Shown here piece by piece: positions 26,483-36,084 of a stretch of 64,000 bases of DNA. The stretch is from positions 9,688-73,687 of the forward strand of contig JADZAY010000008.1 of NCBI GenBank assembly GCA_020852375.1, given 5' to 3'. Source of the stretch: Candidatus Yanofskybacteria bacterium. Lineage in GTDB: Bacteria; Patescibacteriota; Minisyncoccia; 2-02-FULL-40-12; GWA2-44-9. A program made the position numbers and the translations under genes. The notes below the pieces were generated by a model. It saw only the letters and a list, made by a program, of their open reading frames with translations, did no database searches and was not told the origin of the DNA. The stretch's first letter is position 1. Each line of letters starts with the position of its first letter.

Positions 26483-26985
26483 CATTTCAGCCCGGCAACG
26501 CGCCGGGCTTTTTGTTCGCATACCTTGACTCAACGCATGGGAGTTGTATCGTTGCTGTCGGTTCTTTCAGAGGAGGCGTCATGGGACGATGGTGTCCTAC
26601 CCTCGATGATGTGTTTTACTTCAGCTATGACTGCCCTTATGTCCAGGAGATACAGCTTGCGAGGGAGAGGGGTGCCCGAGTGGTCATCGTGCATTCGGGG
26701 GCTGTCGGAATAAGCGAGGTGAAGCTGTTCGATTCCTGCACTTCTGTCCCACGGGTTCGGGTGAGCGGCGAAGCGTCTGGCCCAGAGCCGCTTGCGGAGG
26801 CCACTGCGCTTCTGTTTGTTCATGGGTGGGATCTCCATGATGCCGCTACGCGGGAGTGGCTTGATCGCTACACATACGCGATACGGGCGTTGCGGGAGGG
26901 GGATCCCATGGGCTATGCAGGGGCGCTCGAACGGGTCGAGAAAGTTTGCCCCGACCGCTACGTACCGATTTGGACTGTGCCGTAA
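26455..26985 (+). CDS. Hypothetical protein (embedded in pilus cluster)
   Basis: The start is set at the internal MGVSDDGPLAF (track ORF 26257..26985). About 176 aa, Cys-containing, no recognised motif. Confidence 0.4.
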   Translation: MGVSDDGPLAFQPGNAPGFLFAYLDSTHGSCIVAVGSFRGGVMGRWCPTLDDVFYFSYDCPYVQEIQLARERGARVVIVHSGAVGISEVKLFDSCTSVPRVRVSGEASGPEPLAEATALLFVHGWDLHDAATREWLDRYTYAIRALREGDPMGYAGALERVEKVCPDRYVPIWTVP

Positions 26986-27061
26986 TGATTCGGTTTCGCC
27001 GCCCTTCTCGGCGGCTTTTTGTTTGGTTCGCGGGAAGGACAAGGGCGAACGGCATTGACTT

Positions 27062-27832
27062 TTGTATGAAATGATGCTGCCATTAGAAGGCAGGGCGACT
27101 CAGTTCCCGTGCGCTTTGAAAACGGCAAGTCCCGGGCCCGTCATGGTGACGGGTAAGGGATACGCCATAGTTAAGGAGGCGAGCATGGCTCGTCAGAAGA
27201 GCGAGTTCCTGAAAGGGTGGGGGAAGGCCTTCGAGGTGTTCAAGGCCATCGTCGATTCGGTTCTGGCGCTGGGCGGCGGCGATGCCGACCTAGAGCGGGT
27301 CCTCACCGACAAGACCCTACGGACCGAGATCGCCAAGCTTATTGTCGGCACCGCAAAGGTGATCCGTTCCGTCAGCGTTGTCACCGCTCCCGCCGTCGCG
27401 AAATTCGTTGCGCATGACCGCTTCACGGTGAACATCGCTGCGAACCTCCCGGTCCGCATCGGCTACCTCGGCGACAACTTCAAGAAGCACTTCCTGTCCA
27501 AGACGGAGGAGAACGTCGCCCGGGCCGAGCTCACGAGCTTCCAGCTCACCAAGGACTCCCTAGACAGGGACATCTTGGCCCAGCTGGGAGACACGGCCGA
27601 GATCTCCCTGGCCCACCTCTGGTACCTGCTCTCGCTCCAGCCCAACGGCGAGCCAGGCTTCCTGCTCACCAACGGCTACGCCAACATCTTCTACATCCGC
27701 GATGCCTCCGGAATCCTCTGGGCCGTCCGCGCGGACTGGGACGCCGGTTACGGCCACTGGGGTGTGGAGGCGTACTCGGTGTCCGGCCCGGACGGGTGGA
27801 GCGCCGGCCGCCAGGTGGTTTCTCGCGAGTAG
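27062..27832 (+). CDS. Hypothetical protein (embedded in pilus cluster)
   Basis: 256 aa (alternative start MARQKSEF at about 27185). Normal composition, no recognised motif. A strong terminator follows. Confidence 0.5.
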   Translation: MYEMMLPLEGRATQFPCALKTASPGPVMVTGKGYAIVKEASMARQKSEFLKGWGKAFEVFKAIVDSVLALGGGDADLERVLTDKTLRTEIAKLIVGTAKVIRSVSVVTAPAVAKFVAHDRFTVNIAANLPVRIGYLGDNFKKHFLSKTEENVARAELTSFQLTKDSLDRDILAQLGDTAEISLAHLWYLLSLQPNGEPGFLLTNGYANIFYIRDASGILWAVRADWDAGYGHWGVEAYSVSGPDGWSAGRQVVSRE

Positions 27833-27861
27833 CGCTTGGGCGCTTTGACTCTCGACTCTCG

Positions 27862-27895
27862 GACCCGGTGCGGTTTATCCGCACCGGGTCTTTTT
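27862..27895 (+). terminator. Rho-independent terminator
   Basis: GACCCGGTGCGG-TTTAT-CCGCACCGGGTC followed by TTTTT. Confidence 0.7.
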
Positions 27896-27975
27896 GACAC
27901 ACGCTCTGTTGATAACGGACTGTCGTTTCGGGGGAGGGGGATATACAATGAAGGCGTATTCACGTTACTCGTTTT

Positions 27976-28473
27976 ATGTTCACACCCACTAAGTTCCTCC
28001 GGCGTGAGAAGGGCTTCACTCTTGTGGAGCTGTTGGTCGTTATCGCTATCATTGGCGTACTGGCGACGCTGGTACTCCTCCAGCTCGGCACCGCTCGCGC
28101 TCGCGCTCGCGATACCAAGCGCATCACGGATGTGAACCAGATCCGCACGGCGATCGAGCAGTATTTCGAAGACAACGGTGGCGTCTATCCGACCGCGATC
28201 ACTTCGACCGAGATCGGGCGCTATCTCACGCGCGTTCCCGTCGATCCGCTGACCGGTCAGCCGTACGGCTACGCATACAATCCCGCCGCATCACCCTCGC
28301 AGTTCCAGGTGTGGGCGCTTCTTGAGCAGACCGCTGCCGCCTTGAATGGTGACGCCGACATCGACAGTAGTGGGTGGTCGGGGGATACGAATAGCGTGGG
28401 GACTGGAGACTCTGAGTGTGGCAAAGGCGCAAAGGGAAGCACTGTGTGCGTCTACGATCAGGGAATTCAGTAG
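27976..28473 (+). CDS. pilA: Type IV pilin (major pilin candidate, PilA-like)
   Basis: Class III signal and N-terminal helix KGFTLVELLVVIAIIGVLATLVLLQLGTAR. 165 aa. A strong hairpin follows immediately downstream. Confidence 0.85.
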   Translation: MFTPTKFLRREKGFTLVELLVVIAIIGVLATLVLLQLGTARARARDTKRITDVNQIRTAIEQYFEDNGGVYPTAITSTEIGRYLTRVPVDPLTGQPYGYAYNPAASPSQFQVWALLEQTAAALNGDADIDSSGWSGDTNSVGTGDSECGKGAKGSTVCVYDQGIQ

Positions 28474-28495
28474 TTCGCGGATAGTAGCGTGTGCA

Positions 28496-28521
28496 TTCCG
28501 CCCTCCAAAAGGAGGGCGGAA
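28496..28521 (+). terminator. Hairpin terminator after the pilin gene
   Basis: TTCCGCCCTCC-AAAA-GGAGGGCGGAA, an 11-bp perfect stem. The U-tract is weak. Confidence 0.5.
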
Positions 28522-28536
28522 TGGTATACTGAGGGC

Positions 28537-29295
28537 ATGGAGATCGTCATCGTTGCACTCGTCGGAATGCTCTTGGGGAGCTTTTTGAGCGTACTCATCG
28601 GACGGTGGCCCCACTGGCGTGGCGTTGCAACGGGCAGGTCGCACTGTCCGAACTGCATGCACACGCTCGCGTGGTATGACCTTATCCCCGTGGCGAGCTG
28701 GGCGTGGTTGCGCGGACGGTGCCGGTATTGCGGCGGCCCGATCTCGCCACTCTACCCGGCGCTCGAGGTGAGCGTTGCGGCTGTTCTCGGAATCGCGGTC
28801 GCGCTTTTTGGGGTCGGTTCGTGGTGGAGCATCATCGGGCTCGTCATATTGTTCGGACTTATCGCGCTCTTCTTTTTCGATCTGATCCACCGGATGCTTC
28901 CCGATGTCATTGTCTATCCGTTGACCGGCGTCGTGCTGTTCCGGATCTTGCTGGAGCGACCCGATCTGTTGGTCAATGCGCTGGCGGCCGGCGTGCTATT
29001 GAGTGCCGCGTTCGGATTGTTGTACCTGCGTTCACGCGGGCGATGGCTTGGGCTCGGCGATGTGAAGCTTGCGTTCACGATCGGCGTATTGTTCGGATAT
29101 CCGATTGCGATCGGCGTCACGTTGGTGGCGATCTGGGTTGGGGCGCTGATGGGCGTTGGATTGATGCTATTCCGGCGGGCGACGATGACCACCGAGCTTC
29201 CGTTCGGGTCGTTCTGGACTGCAGCGGCGATCGTAACGATATTGAGTCCCGGCTGGGTCGCGTATCTTTCGGGCCTTTTGATGCCGGCCTGGTAA
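28537..29295 (+). CDS. pilD: Prepilin peptidase PilD (peptidase A24)
   Basis: The start is set at MEIVIVALVG.... The Cys box CPNC...CRYC and multiple TM helices follow. The upstream part of track ORF 28489.. overlaps the terminator hairpin. Confidence 0.85.
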   Translation: MEIVIVALVGMLLGSFLSVLIGRWPHWRGVATGRSHCPNCMHTLAWYDLIPVASWAWLRGRCRYCGGPISPLYPALEVSVAAVLGIAVALFGVGSWWSIIGLVILFGLIALFFFDLIHRMLPDVIVYPLTGVVLFRILLERPDLLVNALAAGVLLSAAFGLLYLRSRGRWLGLGDVKLAFTIGVLFGYPIAIGVTLVAIWVGALMGVGLMLFRRATMTTELPFGSFWTAAAIVTILSPGWVAYLSGLLMPAW

Positions 29296-29302
29296 CAATC
29301 AC

Positions 29303-29839
29303 ATGGGGCATCAGGGACAACAAGGATTCACACTGCTCGAGGTGCTCGTTGTGGCGAGCATCACCGTGTTCATCACCGGGCTTTTGGTCGTGAACTTTTC
29401 TCGGACGCGGGTCGATCTGAATCAAACGATCCTGACGATCCAGGATGCGATACGCGAAGTGCAGGGGCAGGCGCTTTCGGGTTCTCTGGTGCGGGGGACG
29501 CATCGGTGCGGATACGGCATCGTCTTCACTGCGACCGGATACACGCTCTATGCAGGGCCGGACTCCGCGGCGGTGGATTGTGTCGGGGCGCCGCGGACGT
29601 TCGATGCGGGTGCGAGCACGGTCCTTCGCCAGGCACTCCTTGCAAGCAACGTGCTTGAGGTGGTATCTCCGTTGCCGGATATTTACTTCGAGCCGCCGAA
29701 TCCGACCACGTACCTGAACGGAGCGGCGAACCCAGGAGCAACGGCGACGATACTGGTTCGCCGAAAAGGCGCGCAGTGTCCGTCCGCGGATTGCCGTGCG
29801 CTGACCGTGTCATCGTCAGGTCGCATTGAATTGCAATGA
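29303..29839 (+). CDS. Prepilin-type N-terminal cleavage/methylation domain protein (minor pilin)
   Basis: N-terminus QGFTLLEVLVVASITVFITGLLVV. Confidence 0.7.
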   Translation: MGHQGQQGFTLLEVLVVASITVFITGLLVVNFSRTRVDLNQTILTIQDAIREVQGQALSGSLVRGTHRCGYGIVFTATGYTLYAGPDSAAVDCVGAPRTFDAGASTVLRQALLASNVLEVVSPLPDIYFEPPNPTTYLNGAANPGATATILVRRKGAQCPSADCRALTVSSSGRIELQ

Positions 29840-30318
29840 ACAAGCGAGGATTCACATTGGTCGAAGTGTTGGTCGCGTTGGCGCTCCTGAGCGTCGGGTT
29901 GGTGCCCGCATTCATCCAGGCGACAAATGCGCTCATGCTTTCCACTACCGTGCGGAATTCGCTCATCGCCGCGCACCTTGCCCAAGAGGGTGTCGAGGTG
30001 CTGCGCGCTCTGCGAGACGACAACTGGTTTGCCGGGCGCGCATTCGATGCTGGTCTTGATGCGTGCCAGGTGGGATGCATTCTTGCGTGGAATGCCGACA
30101 CGCCCCAGGATGCTGCCGGTAACCTTCCGCTCAAGTTCGATGCCGCGACGGGCATGTATCAGTACGCAACCGGTACGGACTCGCCATTCCGCCGGAAGAT
30201 TACGGTTGCCCACGTTTCTCCCGTCGAGCTTTCCGTGATCAGCGAGGTGACGTGGCGCGAGCGCTCGGTCGACAAGCGGTTCGTCGTAGAATCGCATTTG
30301 TACAACTGGCTCCCATGA
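29836..30318 (+). CDS. Prepilin-type N-terminal cleavage/methylation domain protein (minor pilin)
   Basis: N-terminus MNKRGFTLVEVLVALALLSVGLV. It overlaps neighbouring genes by 4 bp on each side. Confidence 0.7.
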   Translation: MNKRGFTLVEVLVALALLSVGLVPAFIQATNALMLSTTVRNSLIAAHLAQEGVEVLRALRDDNWFAGRAFDAGLDACQVGCILAWNADTPQDAAGNLPLKFDAATGMYQYATGTDSPFRRKITVAHVSPVELSVISEVTWRERSVDKRFVVESHLYNWLP

Positions 30319-30890
30319 CGCGAACCACACTTCCGATCTCTGATCCTCAGCCTCAGGAAAAGGGGTTCTCCCTTATCGAGCTGCTGGTCGCCGCGACGAT
30401 CTTTACCTTTGTGGTAACAGGAGTGACCGGGCTCTTCCTGCAAGCGCTCGACCTCCAGCGTCGCGCCTCGGGCATCCAGAAGATCGAGGAGAACGCGCAG
30501 TTTCTGATCGAGTCCATCGCACGCGAGATCCGCGTGAGCCGCATCACGAGTTCCGATTCGATCTGCACGCCGCCGGATCCTGCCACGACTCGAACGCTGG
30601 TGATCGAACATCCCGTGAACGGGACCATCACCTATACCTACGCGAAGGTTGGTGGCGTCGGAGCGGTGATGCGCGATGACGGGAGTGGTCCCCAGCAGGT
30701 CACCGCGAAGGATGTCGACCTCACAGCATTCGCGTTTTGCGTGACCGGATCCGGGCCCGGCGGCAAGCAGGCCCGGGTGACCATTCCCATGACGCTCCGT
30801 TCGACCGCCGGCCGTGCCGGTGCGCAGGTATCAGTGTCGCTGCAGACGACTATCGTCGCCCGGGACCTTTCTCAAGACATTGTTCCATGA
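30315..30890 (+). CDS. Prepilin-type N-terminal cleavage/methylation domain protein (minor pilin)
   Basis: The start is set at MTRTTLPISDPQPQEKGFSLIELLVAATIFTFVV. There are ATGA overlaps at both ends. Confidence 0.65.
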   Translation: MTRTTLPISDPQPQEKGFSLIELLVAATIFTFVVTGVTGLFLQALDLQRRASGIQKIEENAQFLIESIAREIRVSRITSSDSICTPPDPATTRTLVIEHPVNGTITYTYAKVGGVGAVMRDDGSGPQQVTAKDVDLTAFAFCVTGSGPGGKQARVTIPMTLRSTAGRAGAQVSVSLQTTIVARDLSQDIVP

Positions 30891-31261
30891 ATCACACACG
30901 CGAGCGCCAACGGGGGAGCGTTATCATCTACGCCATGCTGACCATGTCGGTCATGCTGGCGATCGGGCTTACGCTCAACGCGCTATTCATCGGGAAGCTG
31001 CGATCCGCTTCCGCGGCGCGCGATTCGATGGTCGCACTGTACGCCGCCGATAGCGCGGCTGAGCTCTGTCTTATTGAAGCTCGCTCGGCCACCGACCAGC
31101 CGCCCATCACGTTCTCCATGGGGGCCACCTATCAGATCACCGATGTGGGTTCGGGTGCGGATGTGACCGACAACTGCATGGCGCTTGGGAGCGCCTCGTT
31201 CCAATTCCGAGCGGTTGGCCGCTATCGTGGGACCTCTCGGGCGCTAGAGATCAGCCAATAA
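30887..31261 (+). CDS. Pilus-associated small protein with N-terminal TM (PilX-like minor pilin candidate)
   Basis: The start is set at MNHTRERQRGSVIIYAMLTMSVMLAIGLTL. 124 aa. This is the last gene of the pilin block. Confidence 0.5.
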   Translation: MNHTRERQRGSVIIYAMLTMSVMLAIGLTLNALFIGKLRSASAARDSMVALYAADSAAELCLIEARSATDQPPITFSMGATYQITDVGSGADVTDNCMALGSASFQFRAVGRYRGTSRALEISQ

Positions 31262-31479
31262 GCATCTGCTCCACGCTCGCACGCGCCTCTCCGATGTGCG
31301 CGGCTCGCGTTGCGCTGGGGGACCGCCGTATTCGGCGGTCTTCTGCGTTATCGGCTCCGGTCCTCGCTCACCGTACCTACAGTACGACTCGCTCCGGTTC
31401 TCGCCGATGCCTTGAATCTCATCCAAATACGGCGGTCCGAGCTATGACGCACCGCCTTTATTTCTGCTATGATTCGGGC

Positions 31480-33507
31480 ATGGAAAAGGTCGCCGCCCGG
31501 GAGCGCATTGAGAAGCTCCGAAAACTCATTGACCAGTACCGGTACGAGTACCATGTGCTCGACCGGCTTTCGATATCCGAGGACGCTCTGGACTCGCTGA
31601 AAAAGGAGCTGTTCGATCTTGAGCAGGAGCACCCCGAGCTTATTACCCCTGATTCGCCGACCCAACGGGTCGCTGGGAAGCCGCTGGAGGGATTCACGAA
31701 GGTGGAGCATCCCGGGCGGATGATATCGCTGAACGACGCTTTTTCCGAAGCCGACCTTCGGGCCTGGCGCGAGCGGCTGGAGAATTTTCTAGGCGCGCCG
31801 TATCGCGGAGGATTCTACTGCGATCTGAAGATGGACGGGCTGGCTATCGAGCTGCGCTACGAGCGCGGCGTCTTGGTGCAGGCATCGACGCGGGGAGACG
31901 GTATGGTAGGGGAGGATGTGACGCAGAACATTCGTACCGTCGAGGCGGTTCCGCTACGGCTCCGAGATACGGAGCGAAATATTCCCGAGACGCTCCTGGT
32001 CCGCGGCGAGGCGTTTCTCATGAAGAGTGAGTTCGCACGCATCAATGCGGAGTTGGCTGAAAACGGCGAAAAGACATACGCGAATCCGCGAAACCTCGCC
32101 GCCGGCACGATCCGGCAGCTCGATCCCTCGGTGACCGCCGGACGAAAGTTGTCGTTTTACGGATACAGCGTGGTCGCAACCGACGGCGCATACGGGGGAG
32201 ACTTCGCGACGCATGCCGACGAATATGCGGCGTTGCGCGCGTGGGGTGTTCCGGTCAACCCGCACGGCATCGTTGCCGACGACCTCGACGGCGTGCTGGC
32301 GTTCTATCGTGCATGGGAGGAGAAGCGTGACGCGCTGGACTATGAGTTCGACGGCACGGTCATTTCGGTGAACGACAACGAAATCTATCGCCGCGCGGGT
32401 ATTGTGGGGAAGTCGCCGCGTGGGGCCATCGCATTCAAGTTCGCACCGCGGCAGGCGGAGACCGTCGTCGAAGACATTCAAGTGCAGGTCGGGCGGACCG
32501 GCGTGCTCACGCCTGTCGCGCATCTGCGCCCGGTCCACATCGGCGGCACTACGGTGAGCCGCGCGACACTGCACAATCTCGACGAAGTGCGCCGCCTCGA
32601 TGTGCGCATCGGGGATACGGTCATTGTCGGTCGGGCCGGAGATGTGATCCCCGATATCCTCAAATCGTTACCCGAGCTTCGGCCGGCCGGCGCAAAAGAA
32701 TTCTCTATGCCGAAGAAGTGTCCGGTGTGCGGTGCGGCGATCGTCCAGCAGAACGAGCAGGTTGCCTTCGTGTGTCCGAACACGGAGTGCCCCGCAAAGC
32801 AACGGCGGAGCATGTATCACTTCGCCAGTCGGAATGCGCTGAACATCGAAGGGCTGGGGCCGCAGACCCTTGACCAACTGCTCGATGCCGGACTCATCAC
32901 CGATGCCGCCGACCTGTTCGTGCTGACTCCCGAGGATCTTCTGAACCTGGAGGGATTTGCGGATGTTTCGAGCGCGAAGCTTGTTGGATCCATTCGATCG
33001 CGGAAAAAAGTTCCGCTTTCCCGATTCGTGTATGCGTTGGGCATCGAGCATGTGGGGGAGGAGACTGCGCGGGCGCTCGCCCACCATTTCCATACGCTTT
33101 CCGCGCTTGCAGGTGCATCGGAAGGAGAGCTGGTCGCCGTGCCCGATATCGGTCCGGTGGTTGCGCGGAGTATCGCGGAGTGGTTTGCGCGGCCGTACAA
33201 TAAGCAGCTGCTCAAGAAGTTCGACGCTGCGGGAGTGCAGGTGCTTGCCGAGAAAGGTGCGGCAAAAGGAAAGCTGTCCGGTAAAACGTTCGTGGTCACC
33301 GGGACACTGGACTCCATGAGCCGCGAGGAGGCGGAGGAGAAGATTCGCGCCCTGGGCGGGAAAGCGGTGAGCTCGGTGAGCAAGGCAACGACCGCGGTCA
33401 TCGTGGGAACCAATCCGGGTTCCGCAAAGATCGCTGCCGCCCAGAAATACGGCACTGAACAGCTTACCGAGCAAGAATTCCTTGTTCTCGTCCGCCGAAT
33501 ACCGTGA
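31480..33507 (+). CDS. ligA: NAD-dependent DNA ligase
   Basis: The start is set at MEKVAARERIEKLR.... The adenylation motif is KMDGLA. It has an OB-fold, a Zn finger (CPVCGA...CPNTEC), HhH repeats and a C-terminal BRCT domain (FVVTGTL..SR.EAE). Confidence 0.92.
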   Translation: MEKVAARERIEKLRKLIDQYRYEYHVLDRLSISEDALDSLKKELFDLEQEHPELITPDSPTQRVAGKPLEGFTKVEHPGRMISLNDAFSEADLRAWRERLENFLGAPYRGGFYCDLKMDGLAIELRYERGVLVQASTRGDGMVGEDVTQNIRTVEAVPLRLRDTERNIPETLLVRGEAFLMKSEFARINAELAENGEKTYANPRNLAAGTIRQLDPSVTAGRKLSFYGYSVVATDGAYGGDFATHADEYAALRAWGVPVNPHGIVADDLDGVLAFYRAWEEKRDALDYEFDGTVISVNDNEIYRRAGIVGKSPRGAIAFKFAPRQAETVVEDIQVQVGRTGVLTPVAHLRPVHIGGTTVSRATLHNLDEVRRLDVRIGDTVIVGRAGDVIPDILKSLPELRPAGAKEFSMPKKCPVCGAAIVQQNEQVAFVCPNTECPAKQRRSMYHFASRNALNIEGLGPQTLDQLLDAGLITDAADLFVLTPEDLLNLEGFADVSSAKLVGSIRSRKKVPLSRFVYALGIEHVGEETARALAHHFHTLSALAGASEGELVAVPDIGPVVARSIAEWFARPYNKQLLKKFDAAGVQVLAEKGAAKGKLSGKTFVVTGTLDSMSREEAEEKIRALGGKAVSSVSKATTAVIVGTNPGSAKIAAAQKYGTEQLTEQEFLVLVRRIP

Positions 33508-33519
33508 TAGACTTCCGCC

Positions 33520-35688
33520 ATGCCTTCCGAACCGCACCCGAACACCGCTCCGGAATTCAAATCCGTCCGCGAAGAACACCGCGCTCTGCGTAAGGTCCAG
33601 AAGAGCATGGCTGAACACGGAGCGGTACCCGAAGACCTGGCCGCGGAGCTGGAATCGCTCAAACAGCGAGCCCGCGATCTTGTTGCGCAAGCCGGAGGAT
33701 TCTGGGAGTTGCGGAAACAGCGGCGGGAGACCGAATCTCTGCGGCCAATCGTTCGCTCCGTTTCGTCCGGCCGCGCCGAACTCCGCCGGCGAGCGTTTCA
33801 GATCGCCCGTGCATCGGCACAGCACGGCATGACGGCGTGGGCGGAGCGCGCCCTTGCCGCCCTGGACACCGACCTTCGCGCAATGGACGAGCAGATCGAG
33901 AAGCTCCGGCAGGACCCGGAATCCGCCGTCCAGCTCCGGATGATCGAACTCTCCGGCTGGCGCGACCAACTTCAGGAAGGGTACGCAGCCACGCAATCCC
34001 GCCAAGAGCACCTGGACCGCATGCAGGAGCTCATCCAGGCCGGCAAGCCCATCTTCCTGAAGGGACCCACCGGCACGGGGAAAACGGAGCTGGCCCGCAG
34101 GCTCGTACACGAGCTGTACGGAAAAGACCCTGAAATCGTCCGCGGCAACCCGAACGTGCAGGAGTGGACCATGATCGGGCAGGTGGGGCTCCGGGCAACC
34201 GAGCAGGGAGCAACCGAAACGGTGTTCGACCCCGGTCCGGTCATCCGAGCCATGACCCGGGGCATTCCCGTCGTCATCGACGAGTTCAACCAGATCGATC
34301 CGCAGGTCCGATTCGTGCTCAAGGAGCTGTACAACCGCAGGCCGGGCGACTGCGTGCAGGTGCCGAACAACGGAACGCACTGCATCGAGGACGGATTTGC
34401 CATTATCGTGACTGCCAACCTGGGCAGCCGCTACGAGAAGGCGCGGTTCCCGTTGGACGATGCCGAAGAGCGGGTGTTCCTGGATTGCACCGTGGATGTC
34501 GGCTACCTCCCGCCCCACGAACTCTACGACCTCTGCCTGGCATCGCTTATTGCGGTGCGCGGCCAGGCACCGGTGAGCGCGGCGGAGGCGGCGGACGTCC
34601 TGAAGCGGTACTGCGACGCCGTCAGCGAGATCGACCGCATCTACACGGACGGCACGAGCGCATTCGATCTGGAGGGCAAGGCATCCCGCGGCGTCAAACA
34701 GGCGCTGGAGAAAACCGTCATCGATCCCGGTCTCGCGCTCCGCCTGGTCCGCGACTACGCGGTCGCCGGCTCGCGCGCCGCATCGCTGGCGGAACACCTC
34801 GCGCGCCGCGTCACCGACCTCCTGGTGAACCTCAACAACGACAACGACCGCAACCTCATGGCGAAGGTGTTTTCCCAGTTCGGCATCATCACCGTCCCGA
34901 TCGGCGATCTCGCCGCGACTGCCGCCACCCGCACGGTGCTCTCCTCCGCGCCGCTGCCGGCATCGGAGCGCGGCAGTATCCCGCTCCGCGACGCGGCACT
35001 CCTGGACCCGTACCGCCGCCGCGCCGCGTCCCTGGAAGCGGATGCGGAATCGCTGGGAGTGTCCCGGGTCAAGCCACCGGACACAATCATCCCCGGCGGT
35101 TCGCCGGAGCGCGCATCCGCCGCGGTGACCGCCTTCCTCCGCGACACGTTCCAGAACGCCTGGAGCTACACTCCGAAGCAGCTCGCGATCGCGGAGCAGA
35201 ATCTGAAGCCCGAATTCGTCGCTCCCTCCGTTGTGGACTACGCCGCGCGCAAAGCCGATGTCAATGCGGCGCAATCCGGCCAGTACACCCTGAACCCCGA
35301 AACCGTCGGCATCGACTGGGATTCCCTGACTCCCGAGCAGATCGCCGAACGGACCGAGATCGTCGACCTCAACGCCGATCCCGTATTCGCGAAGCTCGCA
35401 GACAAATCGCTCGCTTCCGTTGCCGACTTCGTTACCCGTACCTACGGCTCCGCCCGTCTCCCCGGTCTGGAGCTGGAACGGCGCCTCTACGCGCTCGGCA
35501 ACCAGGCTCCCGCCGCCTTCAAAGAGGTCGGCGCGTATGTATTTTTCTTCGGATCGCTTATCCGGAACGCCAACGGCTACTGGAATGTGCCGTATGCGTA
35601 CTGGGGCGGTGCGGGGTGGTTTCGGGGCGGCTACTGGCTTGAGAATGGCTGGAATGCCGATTGCCGCCTCGTCCTCGTGAAGAGATAG
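33520..35688 (+). CDS. AAA (AAA_5/MoxR-like) ATPase with a C-terminal C-type-lectin-like variable region, the DGR target protein
   Basis: 722 aa. Walker A FLKGPTGTGKTELARR and Walker B VVIDEFNQ. The C-terminal 40 aa (NANGYWNVPYAYWGGAGWFRGGYWLENGWNADCRLVLVKR) are encoded by the VR copy of the DGR repeat. Confidence 0.8.
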   Translation: MPSEPHPNTAPEFKSVREEHRALRKVQKSMAEHGAVPEDLAAELESLKQRARDLVAQAGGFWELRKQRRETESLRPIVRSVSSGRAELRRRAFQIARASAQHGMTAWAERALAALDTDLRAMDEQIEKLRQDPESAVQLRMIELSGWRDQLQEGYAATQSRQEHLDRMQELIQAGKPIFLKGPTGTGKTELARRLVHELYGKDPEIVRGNPNVQEWTMIGQVGLRATEQGATETVFDPGPVIRAMTRGIPVVIDEFNQIDPQVRFVLKELYNRRPGDCVQVPNNGTHCIEDGFAIIVTANLGSRYEKARFPLDDAEERVFLDCTVDVGYLPPHELYDLCLASLIAVRGQAPVSAAEAADVLKRYCDAVSEIDRIYTDGTSAFDLEGKASRGVKQALEKTVIDPGLALRLVRDYAVAGSRAASLAEHLARRVTDLLVNLNNDNDRNLMAKVFSQFGIITVPIGDLAATAATRTVLSSAPLPASERGSIPLRDAALLDPYRRRAASLEADAESLGVSRVKPPDTIIPGGSPERASAAVTAFLRDTFQNAWSYTPKQLAIAEQNLKPEFVAPSVVDYAARKADVNAAQSGQYTLNPETVGIDWDSLTPEQIAERTEIVDLNADPVFAKLADKSLASVADFVTRTYGSARLPGLELERRLYALGNQAPAAFKEVGAYVFFFGSLIRNANGYWNVPYAYWGGAGWFRGGYWLENGWNADCRLVLVKR
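35557..35677 (+). repeat. DGR variable repeat (VR) at the 3' end of the target gene
   Basis: 121 bp. Compared with the copy at 35961-36081, 111 of 121 positions are identical. All 10 differences are T or G here where the other copy has A. Confidence 0.85.
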
Positions 35689-35960
35689 CTCGTTGTGCTT
35701 GATCCGTTGTGATGATTCTTGATCTGTTGGTGGTTGGTCTGCGCCGCGAATATCGGCAGGCCGGATGTTCCCGTCTGCCGCGGCGTCGAGACGAATGACT
35801 CCCGAATGCGGTCTGCCAGCGCTCGCCGCAGTGCGGGTCATGCACATCGTGACGATACGAAGCGCGTCTGCGTAAGATGCCAGGGCATTGCGATGCCGAA
35901 TCAGATTCAGCCCCGAGGAAGGAGAACCAAGGGGCGGTGACACGGAAGGCATTCTGCGCT

Positions 35961-36081
35961 CATATCCGGAACGCCAACGGCAACTGGAATGTGCCGTATG
36001 CGAACTGGGACGGTACGGGGTGGAATCGGAACGGCAACTGGCTTGAGAATGGCTGGAATGCCGATTGCCGCCTCGTCCTCG
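35961..36081 (+). repeat. DGR template repeat (TR)
   Basis: This is the A-bearing copy. The AAC codons correspond to TAC/TTT/GGC/GCG-type codons in the VR. Identity ends at the same GC-rich 3' block (GCCGATTGCCGCCTCGTCCTCG), a candidate IMH element. Confidence 0.85.
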
Positions 36082-36084
36082 CCG

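Noticed and set aside
34164-35642. 492-aa Arg-rich ORF inside the AAA ATPase gene (alternative frame)
   Set aside because: Same GC-rich frame artefact. The +1 frame encodes clear Walker motifs.
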